64,000 nt of DNA. It comes from an uncultured Methanosarcinales archaeon. GTDB taxonomy: Archaea > Nanobdellota > Nanobdellia > Woesearchaeales > CAIVOO01. Shown here piece after piece: positions 29,440 to 38,183 of this stretch. A model generated the notes under the pieces. That model was not told where the DNA came from. It worked only from the letters and a program-made list of their open reading frames with translations, and made no database searches. Each line of letters begins with the position of its first letter. The stretch's first letter is position 1. Location of the stretch: positions 1 to 64,000 of the forward strand of contig CAZAIK010000002.1 of the NCBI GenBank assembly GCA_964485195.1, written 5' to 3'. The position numbers were made by a program, and so were the translations under genes.

Positions 29440-32415
29440 TTATGTAAATCCGCAAACATCTTTTAATTTGTATAGGAAATCGGAAATCTCACCTTCAAAA
29501 ACTGAAGCTGTGCTGGAATACACGGGCTTTATCCTGGGCCTGCTCATACTGCCACAATCCTTATTGATATTAGCATCTAAACAAGAGGCTTGTGAGTCTG
29601 TTAATGGGGGTTCGAAATCATCTAAAGGAGATATGTATTCATAGCCAGCTCTTATTGTCCCATCGTCAAATCCATCTACATAAAGTGAAAAAGCATCACA
29701 GCCTGGCTCGTTAATATCCTGATAATAATCTTCCTGCCAGAAGTAAACACTTTTATCCTGACCCAGGACCCATGCAATATCATAAGCTTCCTCCTCTGTT
29801 ACAAACACAGAGATATTAGCATATGTTTCATTTGTGTTTCCTCTCAGGTCTGTCGCTGTCAGCTTGGCTTTGTGCTCTTTTGCAACGTCATAAATCCTTT
29901 GCATTGAATCATTGCTGCTGTTGAACGGTTCTTTATCGTAAGTTACGTTCCACATGTGCTGGTTGGTGCCTCCGCAGTTTGAGTAATCAACGTCATTGTC
30001 TGTTATGCCATCCCCGCTTGTGTCCACTTCAATGTCCTGGTCCATCGTCACGTTGATGTTGCAGTAGACAAAGTCCTGCTCCCACATCAGGTAGAAGTAC
30101 CCTTCCTTGTCCTTTACTGTGTTCTCCTCATCCACAGACTTGTACCACAAGTCTATGGTTTCATTTGAGTACATTGTTATGTTTTCTGAGCTTATGTCCA
30201 GGATTGTCTGCAGTGAGGGGGTGTTGCCTGAATCGTTTATGAAGAAAGTCCCTATCATATGCATTTTTCCCCACCTTATGTTGTCGTAAACGTGGATGTC
30301 ATATCTTCCATCGTCCCATTCGCAGGGAACCCTGAACGTGAATTCCTTGTCATATTTCTGCCCGTCGGCAGGCAAGAACAGGGTTTCATTGGGGTTGTTA
30401 ACGTCAGAGCAGTACACTATCCCATCCTCGTTTATTATCCCTGAGACATTGTCGCACACGTGCCTGTTGTCTGTGGGGACACCTGTGAGGGTGTGGTTTT
30501 CAACTGCGAATGTTATGTTCACATCTGTTGTGCCCACGTTTATTCCAAACATGGTGAACTCAACATACTGGTTGCAGGTGTAGAAATTGCCGTGCTCGTA
30601 CTTACCGTTATGAAGTATGTGCCCTTGCACATTAAAATCATTATCGGAGTCGTAGCTGTCATTCTTAAATACATCTGAATTATGCCCCCTGCCGTTGTTC
30701 GTCCTGTTGGTGAAAATGTTGAAGTCCTTTTTCTTTGAGCCCTGCAACACTATATGCCATATTGTGTTTTCAGGCAAATAAGCTTCATAATATCCATTGC
30801 TGTCTATTGTTGTGTCTGGAGTGGGTTTTGGCTCCAGTGCATCGGTGTCTGTTTTATTTAATGTCACGTCATATTCAGTCACTTCATAAAACGAGATGTT
30901 AACACTTGAGACTGCGTTGCCTATCTCATCATAAATCGTTCCGTTAATCAGTGTTGTGTTTGCAGTGCAGTATGCTTCAGCAGTTCCCTTGTTCAGGCAG
31001 GTGCTTTGGTTTCCACAGTCATCGTCAGTCAGGCACGCACTGCTGTTAACTAAGTATAATGCATCAACATAGCCGTAAATTACCTGGTGATACTTGCTTT
31101 CCGTGTTGTTATACCATCTCTTGCTCCAGCCGTCAATTATCCAGTTGTGGGTTGCGTTTGAAGTGTTGAACTCTCCCATGAATACTGAATGGTTTTTTAA
31201 TTCCGGATATCTGGTGAGGTTCAGTTTTAGTGTTTCATACTCCGCGTCGATTATCAAGGGTCCCCAGTTATTAATTGTTGTATCGTGATGAGTGCCCCGT
31301 TCAACACTTGCAAGGCTGAGATTCCTTGTCCTGTTGGTGATTATGATTTCATTCTGCATAACATTGGTCATATCAACTTTAAACTGGGTTATGTTCCTCT
31401 CAGTTCCGTTAAGGATGGCAAAGGCCGTGTAGGAAGGGTTCCAGTATTCCAATACAATCTGGTGGCTTCCATCGTATGGGAATGAAGGATCTGACGAACT
31501 TAATGTTGCGTTTCCCCACATCATTGTTATGCCGTTGAAGGTTTCCTGGTCTTCCTTTGTTGTTGCAAAGAAAATCCCATCCAGCTCCATAGTGCCAACA
31601 ATGCCTGTGCCGTTTGTTATGTTGAAGTCAAAAATGCCTTTTTCCAGCCATCTTCTCCAGCAGTCATCCCCCTGGCAGGTGGTATTCGGGCCTGTGTGGC
31701 TGTCAAGGAACCTTGGCTGCCTTAGCAAATCATAATGTGTTTTGTTGGCTCCGTAAAACCTGAACCTTGCGAATAATGTTCCGTTTGCAGGGTTGATCTG
31801 CCCCGTTGTTGAGTAATTGGTAAAGTGGGGGACCTCAAAAACAACCTTTCCCCCTGAATTATCTATCAGGCTGCAGTCATTGCATATTTCATTGTTTCTG
31901 AGTATTAGAGGAGGGTGGGAGTAGTCAATGTTTAGCGTTAGTGTTGCTGGGATGTTAAGGTCCAATGAGTCTGACTCCACGCTGATGAAATTATGGGATA
32001 TTTTCATTTCAAGTTCACTGAAATCAACAGCTTCGCTGAATTCAATCCTTCCGTAATCATTTTCAAAGACTTTCTGCGTGCTGCTCTCCTCATCATTTCC
32101 ATAAGAAGAGCTTGAGCTTCCTGACGAACTGCCTGAAGAGCTTGAGCCTGTGATGGGAAGCATTCCCGCTCTTTTGTTTTCCCCGTCATCCTGGATTTCT
32201 TCTTTAGGATAGTGTATTTCAATAATCTCGGGCTCTTCTTCCTCTATAACTTCTGGGCTGATATTGCCCTCCTGAGCCTGCATCACTGAGACGGAATCCC
32301 CTATTACAAGGTCTTCAGAATCCCAATTGACATTATTGAGTCCCAGCAAAACAAAGGATATGCCCAGGACTATGACAGACATTACAACTATTCCGATTGG
32401 AAAACCTTTATTCAT
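29440..32415 (-). CDS. Large surface/secreted glycoprotein (~990 aa)
   Basis: N-terminal TM, Ser-rich linker, FEVPHFTNY module, DTSGDGITDND Ca-binding/PKD-like motif. Confidence 0.8.
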   Translation of the reverse strand: MNKGFPIGIVVMSVIVLGISFVLLGLNNVNWDSEDLVIGDSVSVMQAQEGNISPEVIEEEEPEIIEIHYPKEEIQDDGENKRAGMLPITGSSSSGSSSGSSSSSYGNDEESSTQKVFENDYGRIEFSEAVDFSELEMKISHNFISVESDSLDLNIPATLTLNIDYSHPPLILRNNEICNDCSLIDNSGGKVVFEVPHFTNYSTTGQINPANGTLFARFRFYGANKTHYDLLRQPRFLDSHTGPNTTCQGDDCWRRWLEKGIFDFNITNGTGIVGTMELDGIFFATTKEDQETFNGITMMWGNATLSSSDPSFPYDGSHQIVLEYWNPSYTAFAILNGTERNITQFKVDMTNVMQNEIIITNRTRNLSLASVERGTHHDTTINNWGPLIIDAEYETLKLNLTRYPELKNHSVFMGEFNTSNATHNWIIDGWSKRWYNNTESKYHQVIYGYVDALYLVNSSACLTDDDCGNQSTCLNKGTAEAYCTANTTLINGTIYDEIGNAVSSVNISFYEVTEYDVTLNKTDTDALEPKPTPDTTIDSNGYYEAYLPENTIWHIVLQGSKKKDFNIFTNRTNNGRGHNSDVFKNDSYDSDNDFNVQGHILHNGKYEHGNFYTCNQYVEFTMFGINVGTTDVNITFAVENHTLTGVPTDNRHVCDNVSGIINEDGIVYCSDVNNPNETLFLPADGQKYDKEFTFRVPCEWDDGRYDIHVYDNIRWGKMHMIGTFFINDSGNTPSLQTILDISSENITMYSNETIDLWYKSVDEENTVKDKEGYFYLMWEQDFVYCNINVTMDQDIEVDTSGDGITDNDVDYSNCGGTNQHMWNVTYDKEPFNSSNDSMQRIYDVAKEHKAKLTATDLRGNTNETYANISVFVTEEEAYDIAWVLGQDKSVYFWQEDYYQDINEPGCDAFSLYVDGFDDGTIRAGYEYISPLDDFEPPLTDSQASCLDANINKDCGSMSRPRIKPVYSSTASVFEGEISDFLYKLKDVCGFT

Positions 32416-32508
32416 ATCCACCCCTTGGACTGTTGAGCTAAGAGCTTTTTTTATAAAAAGCTTTGCAAAACAAGACCAAAAGCTTTATAAAGCGAATTTT
32501 GGCAGTGC

Positions 32509-32829
32509 TTAGTTGTAATCCCTCCATACGTGCTTGCACTTGGTGCACTTGTAGAACTTTGTTTCCGGCTCATCGCCCGCCCTGGTCTGCTGCGTCCAGA
32601 AATAGGCCCTGTCATTCCCGCACTTGGGGCAGTCAATCTCAACTTCAGGAAGGGTTTCCACCTCTTCCTCCACAACCTCAACTTCCTTGTCTTCCTCTTT
32701 CCTTTTCTTGTGCTCCCTTATCTCCACAGATTCAGCTCCTTCCTTATGCCCGCATTTAAGGCATTGCAGGAAGGTCTTTCCGTTTTCCTTTTTTGGGGCC
32801 ATTATTGAGCCGCATTTCTTGCAAAACAT
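32509..32829 (-). CDS. tfs: Transcription factor S (TFS)
   Basis: FCKKCG...CPKCG...QTRAGDEPETKFYKC. Confidence 0.95.
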   Translation of the reverse strand: MFCKKCGSIMAPKKENGKTFLQCLKCGHKEGAESVEIREHKKRKEEDKEVEVVEEEVETLPEVEIDCPKCGNDRAYFWTQQTRAGDEPETKFYKCTKCKHVWRDYN

Positions 32830-32832
32830 TTT

Positions 32833-33450
32833 TCACCTTAAGATTCCCATTACTGAAAAGAAAAGGTCAACTGCAGCTATCTTGATCCATCCAAGATAGG
32901 GTATCCTCAGGACAGCCTTTCCCACAACACTTTCCTGGCTGATGTTTTTTTCATTAAGCCAGAATGCTGTTATCTGCTGCTGGTTGTTGTCCCCCTTTGT
33001 CTCATAAACAAAACCCCCGCTGGCATTCCGCATATCCACCACCCTGTGTATTATGGGGTCGGGCCTTCCGGCCATAAACACAAGGATGTCGCCTGTCTCT
33101 GTTTTAGAGGGGTTAGTTCCGGCAAGAACCATAAGGTCTCCCTTGTTAAACCCATTTTTGAAGGGGAAATCCAGAAAATCTTCCTTGCTGATGTTCTTTT
33201 GTTCATAAAAATTATTGTGCATATTCCACCAGGAATCAAAATCTGAGTTGTGCTCCATGCTGTCCGAGACCACGGCAACTATGGGAAACTGTGTTCCCAG
33301 GGCAAGCCCCATTCCCGGGTAAATGAGGAACTTGATTAAGACAATTGCAAGGATTATGTTCACAATCCAGCTCAGGAGGGAATCCTCTTCCCAGATGAAA
33401 TACCAAATCTTTCCCAGCGTTGTCTTGGGCTTTTTCTTTTCCTTGCGCAT
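32833..33450 (-). CDS. Signal peptidase I (Sec11/S26)
   Basis: VVSDSMEH, KGD, IIHRV, TKGDNN, IPYLGW. Confidence 0.92.
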   Translation of the reverse strand: MRKEKKKPKTTLGKIWYFIWEEDSLLSWIVNIILAIVLIKFLIYPGMGLALGTQFPIVAVVSDSMEHNSDFDSWWNMHNNFYEQKNISKEDFLDFPFKNGFNKGDLMVLAGTNPSKTETGDILVFMAGRPDPIIHRVVDMRNASGGFVYETKGDNNQQQITAFWLNEKNISQESVVGKAVLRIPYLGWIKIAAVDLFFSVMGILR

Positions 33451-33532
33451 TTTCTAAAAGTTCAAAGAAGCTTTTTTAAAACTATCTTTTTTTGCACATA
33501 ATATTATAAAGTTAAAAACTTAATTGTCAACG

Positions 33533-34114
33533 ATGACTCAATACTATGAAGCCATACTCCAGCTGAGGAATCCGCGAAGGGAAATTATTGATTTTGTTAA
33601 ATCAGAAGCTGCCAAAAAAAACGCGAAGATTGTCAAGACTGAAAAGCAGAAGAACGGGCTTGACATGCAGCTTTCCTCCAGAAAATTCGCGCTTGCCCTG
33701 GGCAAGAAACTGGCGGATAGATACGGGGGGAAATTAAAAACATCTGCCAAGCTTGTGGGAAGGAAAAATGACAGGAACGTCCACAGGGTCACAGTCTGCC
33801 ACGAAGCTTCTGAATATCGGGAGGGGGATGTTGTAAATGTTGACAACAAGATTGTGAAAGTGAAGAACGTGGGCAAATTCCTTTCTGGCGTTGACCTGGT
33901 TACAGGTAAAAAGGCCAAGGTTGAAATTAAGGGCAAAAAAATTAACAAACTGGAAAAACACAGGACAATCATTTCAAAGCATAAGCCGGGGTTGGAGGTG
34001 ATACATCCTGTGTCTTACCAGTCTGTCCCTGTTGAAAATACTTCGGATACGAAAAAAACAAAGGTCAGCGTTGTTGTTTCAGGCAAAAAAATCTACATCA
34101 TCCCTGGTATTTGA
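33533..34114 (+). CDS. NMD3-related protein (no N-terminal Zn ribbons)
   Basis: YYEAILQLRN, NGLDMQLSS, AKLVG..VHRVTV. Confidence 0.75.
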   Translation: MTQYYEAILQLRNPRREIIDFVKSEAAKKNAKIVKTEKQKNGLDMQLSSRKFALALGKKLADRYGGKLKTSAKLVGRKNDRNVHRVTVCHEASEYREGDVVNVDNKIVKVKNVGKFLSGVDLVTGKKAKVEIKGKKINKLEKHRTIISKHKPGLEVIHPVSYQSVPVENTSDTKKTKVSVVVSGKKIYIIPGI

Positions 34115-34550
34115 AAGCCCCTCCCTGTGTTTTGTTCGCCAGGGTCGCTTCCTCGTCTGAAAGGCCTGCGGAAAGCCAGTCATTTCCTTCTATCTTCTGG
34201 GGGTTTCCTCTTTGCTGCCTTGCTGCTGCCCTGTTATAACAGCGATCAAGCGCGCTTTCAAACAAGCCTCTGTACTCAGGGTTGATACTTGTGCTTTCTA
34301 TAGTGTCCTTGAGCAAATCAATTTCCATAAGGGTGGCTTCTGACTTTCTCACCATCTCAAGGACCTTTTCTCCCAAGTCAACTTCCTGCTGGGTTCCCTT
34401 TACCTGAATTGAGGCATTTCTGAGGATCCTCCTGTCCGCCTCCAGTGCAATGACTATGTTGCTTGCTATCTGATATGCCTGTTTGGCAGGGTTATTGTTC
34501 AATCCGCCCCAGCCTCCGCTGGCAGGGCTTCTGTATGGGGGTTTGTACAT
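34098..34550 (-). CDS. Hypothetical protein
   Basis: ORF with GGTGA SD. Confidence 0.6.
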   Translation of the reverse strand: MYKPPYRSPASGGWGGLNNNPAKQAYQIASNIVIALEADRRILRNASIQVKGTQQEVDLGEKVLEMVRKSEATLMEIDLLKDTIESTSINPEYRGLFESALDRCYNRAAARQQRGNPQKIEGNDWLSAGLSDEEATLANKTQGGAFKYQG

Positions 34551-34610
34551 ATTATCACCAAGTTTGTTGTCTGTTTTTTAATCAAAATAAAAACAAAAAA
34601 TAGGGCTTTA

Positions 34611-35549
34611 TCAGCCCCTTGCAGGTATATTTTGAGGTCTGCCTATTCCGGCACCAGGACCTTCTTCGGGTTCCTTTTCCTCTTCTTCTATCTCTACCTC
34701 TGTTTCTTCTTCCTCTGCTTCATCTTCTTCTCTTTCCTGATCCCTTATTTTCTCGTCAAGACCTTTTGCCTTTATTTTCACTTCTATCTTGTTCTTCTTT
34801 TCCTTTGCCGATGCCTTGACTTCCCTTGCCTTTTCACTTACCGAAGCTATCAAAGTATCTACAGTCTGCTGCTCTTCCTGGCCCAGGCCTTTTACCTTTT
34901 CCTTTATCTTGATTCTTGCCTTTTCTACTCTCTGCTCCTGCTCCTGGATTTCACTTCCCAGTTCCTCTATTTCCTCCAGGTCGCCTTCTTCGTCGCCGTT
35001 GCCTATTTCCTCAACATTCTTCTCAACATATGTCATTGATTCATCATAGGCAGATGCTGCTTTTTCAGCTGCTGCGAACTTTTTCTTGGCAATCATGGCC
35101 TGTACTTCCAAAAGCCTTTCCTTTGCGTGGGCAAGACCTTTCTTTGCCTTGGCAGCCTTGTTAAATGTCAGGGCAAGGCTTATTCTTTCCATAGCCCTTT
35201 CAAGGCCCCATAAAAAGCCGTTGTCAGGCGTGATTCCTCCGTCTTCCTCTGGATCTTCCACAGTTTCGTTAACATCGCCCTCTTCTTCCTCTGGCATTTC
35301 CACTGTTTCGTTTATTTCTTCAAGGTCTTCCTCTTCGGAAACAGTTTCATTAAGGTTTTCCTGCTCTTCAGGCTCTTCTGTTTCATTCATCTCTTCAGTT
35401 TTGTTCAGGTCTGAAGGGTCGTCCATTTCATCAGACAAGTCTTCTGCCTGATTGGTTCCTGTCTCATTCATCTGCGTAGCATTTTGCGCCAATGCAACTG
35501 CTGAGAACAGAAACAGGAACAACACCAAAAACACTCCTATTTTTTTCAT
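34611..35549 (-). CDS. Secreted acidic coiled-coil protein (DUF5667-like)
   Basis: Signal peptide; GITPDNGFLWGLERAMERI...HAKERLLE. Confidence 0.75.
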   Translation of the reverse strand: MKKIGVFLVLFLFLFSAVALAQNATQMNETGTNQAEDLSDEMDDPSDLNKTEEMNETEEPEEQENLNETVSEEEDLEEINETVEMPEEEEGDVNETVEDPEEDGGITPDNGFLWGLERAMERISLALTFNKAAKAKKGLAHAKERLLEVQAMIAKKKFAAAEKAASAYDESMTYVEKNVEEIGNGDEEGDLEEIEELGSEIQEQEQRVEKARIKIKEKVKGLGQEEQQTVDTLIASVSEKAREVKASAKEKKNKIEVKIKAKGLDEKIRDQEREEDEAEEEETEVEIEEEEKEPEEGPGAGIGRPQNIPARG

Positions 35550-35551
35550 TT

Positions 35552-36067
35552 TTATACCTCCTCGTGCTCATAATCCAGGGAATTTTCTATCAGTCTGCTG
35601 TAAAGCTCCTTAACCCCCTTGTCTAAAATGGATCTCCATTTCAAGGGGATTTCATCGTTTAAAACCTCTACCCTGTCTTCTAGATCTTTAATTTGGTTGG
35701 AGAGTGGGTCATAATTCGGCTGGAAACACTGACTTTCCTTTTTTATTCTTTCAGATATATCAACTATTTCCCTTGCCATGATGTTAAGCCCTTCAGGAGG
35801 CAGGGGAGATCCGTTATAATGAACTTCCACTTTGCCTCTGCTGTGCAGCATTTCAATAATGTGAAGGAAATAATTTTCAGGCCTTTTTGGGGTGACTTTG
35901 CCAATGACCTCCTTTTTTTGCGGGGTTTCTTGCTGATATTGTTGCTGTTTGTAGTTAGTGGCAGGTGCTGTGCCTGGTTGTGGCCCTATCGGTGTTCCCT
36001 TTACAGCCCGTTTTCTGCTCTCTGGTTTTTTTCTTTTTCTTCCAAAAAGTCCTTTTATCGGAGTCAT
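35552..36067 (-). CDS. Hypothetical protein
   Basis: ORF; ATG 36067 is ~21 nt downstream of TTTATAAA (36088-36095). Confidence 0.6.
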   Translation of the reverse strand: MTPIKGLFGRKRKKPESRKRAVKGTPIGPQPGTAPATNYKQQQYQQETPQKKEVIGKVTPKRPENYFLHIIEMLHSRGKVEVHYNGSPLPPEGLNIMAREIVDISERIKKESQCFQPNYDPLSNQIKDLEDRVEVLNDEIPLKWRSILDKGVKELYSRLIENSLDYEHEEV

Positions 36068-36175
36068 GCTACATTGTATAGCACCCATTTATAAATAACC
36101 TTTTTCGTGAACAGTCAGCTTTTTCCAGAAAAAACAGCCATTTTTTGGCTTTTTATGTTCATCTATGTTCATTTT

Positions 36176-37042
36176 TCATTCTCTTAGAAAAATGATGTTT
36201 TTCTTGCCTCTTTTTTCCTTGTAAATTATGTTTCGGTCTTCTAATTCCTTGAGAAGCCCGGAGAGCTTTGCTTTTGAGAATCCAGTTACCACTCTCAATG
36301 TGCCCTGCTCGCACTGCTTTCCCCTTGATTTAAGTATTCTTATAACCTGGGCTTCATCTTCCTTCAGGTGCTCCTCAACTGTTGCCTTCCTTGTTTTCAC
36401 CACTACCCTTGTTTTTGGCTTTCTCCTCCATAAAATTGTGCCCAACACCGCTATCGCCACAGCGGCTATTATGAGGATGTATATCAAAAAGAAATAATCC
36501 CTTTTTTCCCTTAACTTCACTAGCGTTGAAATAGAATCGCCTTTTTCAGCATTCTCCCTAATCCAGGTTATCCTTATCCTCTGCCCGTCAGATGTTATGC
36601 TGTCTGCTTTCGGGAACACCGCGTTGGAAACAAGGGTGCCTTCATCAACAGGCCTTGCCAGCTCCAGGTTGCTGGAGAGAATTACATTTACCTGCAAATT
36701 TCTTATGTCATCAGGATACGTGAATTCAGCCACAAAATTGTTCTCGTCTATGAACTTTTTGGTGAGGTAAGATGTTTCAATATGCCTTCCCTCTATTGTT
36801 ATGTTCCTTGGCTTTTCAGGAATCTCCATTGCTTTTCCGTCCGCAACTGCGGATATCTCGCTCGCGTCGTTGGGAATCTGAAAAGTAAAATTCTGCTTTT
36901 CAGGATAAGTTATTTCCTGCACCACATACGCATTGCCAAGGGAAACCCTGAAATCTATATCATAGGAGTCTATGGCTGCAAAACTCTCGGGGATTAGGGA
37001 TAAAGCTAAGAGCAATACAATTAATAGCTGTGTTTTTTTCAT
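36176..37042 (-). CDS. Membrane-anchored protein with extracellular domain and C-terminal wHTH (COG2512-like)
   Basis: Signal peptide, TM, then LKEDEAQVI..QGTLRVVTGFSKAKLSGLLKELEDRNII.KEKRGKKNII. Confidence 0.85.
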   Translation of the reverse strand: MKKTQLLIVLLLALSLIPESFAAIDSYDIDFRVSLGNAYVVQEITYPEKQNFTFQIPNDASEISAVADGKAMEIPEKPRNITIEGRHIETSYLTKKFIDENNFVAEFTYPDDIRNLQVNVILSSNLELARPVDEGTLVSNAVFPKADSITSDGQRIRITWIRENAEKGDSISTLVKLREKRDYFFLIYILIIAAVAIAVLGTILWRRKPKTRVVVKTRKATVEEHLKEDEAQVIRILKSRGKQCEQGTLRVVTGFSKAKLSGLLKELEDRNIIYKEKRGKKNIIFLRE

Positions 37043-37115
37043 ATATTATTATTATGAAATAACTTTTTAAAGGTTATGAAAAGCTTTAAAAGACGATGCA
37101 TTGTTTTTCTTATTT

Positions 37116-38183
37116 ATGGCTGACATAACTCTTGACGGCTCTTATCTTGAAGGCGGAGGGCAGATCCTGAGGAATGCGCTTGCGCTTTCCTGCCTGACTG
37201 GAAAATCCTTTTCCATCACCAACGTAAGGAGGGGAAGGGACAAGCCGGGGCTGAAGGCGCAACATCTTTACTGCGTGAAGGCAGCAGCCCAGCTTACCAA
37301 GGCAGAGTTCAGCGATGTGGAAATAGGCTCCTCATCAATGGAGTTCTTTCCCAAGAGGCTTTCAGCAGCAACGCTTGACATTGACATAGGGACTGCCGGT
37401 TCCATAACACTGTTCCTGCAGGCAGTACTAATACCCTCAATGTTCGCAAACGCCCCTGTGAAAATCCTGGTGACAGGCGGCACTGACGGGAAGTGGAGCA
37501 TGCCGTTTGATTACTTTAAAGAGGTCTTTTTTCCCCACATAAAGCAGTTCGCCGGCATTGAGGCGAAGCTTTTGAGAAGGGGATATTATCCCAAGGGAGG
37601 GGGCAAGGTCGGGATTAATGTAAGCCCCAAGGTAAAGCTTTCTGATTTCAATAACTTTGCTGATTTTTACTACTATACCAAGAACCAGGGGAGAGGCATC
37701 ATCAGCCTGGAGCAGGGCAATGTTCTTCAGGTAAAGGGGCATTCACACGCATCAAAGCGCCTTGCCGGCGCAAATGTTGCTGAGAGGCAGGCAGAAATGG
37801 CGCAGATGAGCCTTAAAAAACTTGGATGCCCTGTCAATATAGATTCAGGTTATGCTGATTCCCTTTCACCCGGCTCGGGCATAACCCTTTGGGCAAAGTT
37901 TGACTCAGGCGCAATCGTGGGGGCGGACGCGCTTGGCGAGAGAGGCAAGCCTTCTGAAGACGTGGGAAAGGAGGCTGCGGAAAAGCTAATCAGGGAAATC
38001 AGCAAGGGCGCACCTATTGACAGCCATCTGGCTGACAATCTCATCCCCTTCCTCGGATTGTTCGGCGGAAAGATAAAGGTTGCTGAAATAACCAACCATA
38101 CACTAACCAATATTTATGTTACAGAAAAATTTCTCGGAATAGAATTTGATGTTGACAGGAAGAAGAGAATAATCGCTGTTTAG
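37116..38183 (+). CDS. rtcA: RNA 3'-terminal phosphate cyclase
   Basis: EGGGQILR, GLKAQH, TAGSITL, GGTD, RGYYPKGGG, DSHLADNL, HTLTN. Confidence 0.96.
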   Translation: MADITLDGSYLEGGGQILRNALALSCLTGKSFSITNVRRGRDKPGLKAQHLYCVKAAAQLTKAEFSDVEIGSSSMEFFPKRLSAATLDIDIGTAGSITLFLQAVLIPSMFANAPVKILVTGGTDGKWSMPFDYFKEVFFPHIKQFAGIEAKLLRRGYYPKGGGKVGINVSPKVKLSDFNNFADFYYYTKNQGRGIISLEQGNVLQVKGHSHASKRLAGANVAERQAEMAQMSLKKLGCPVNIDSGYADSLSPGSGITLWAKFDSGAIVGADALGERGKPSEDVGKEAAEKLIREISKGAPIDSHLADNLIPFLGLFGGKIKVAEITNHTLTNIYVTEKFLGIEFDVDRKKRIIAV

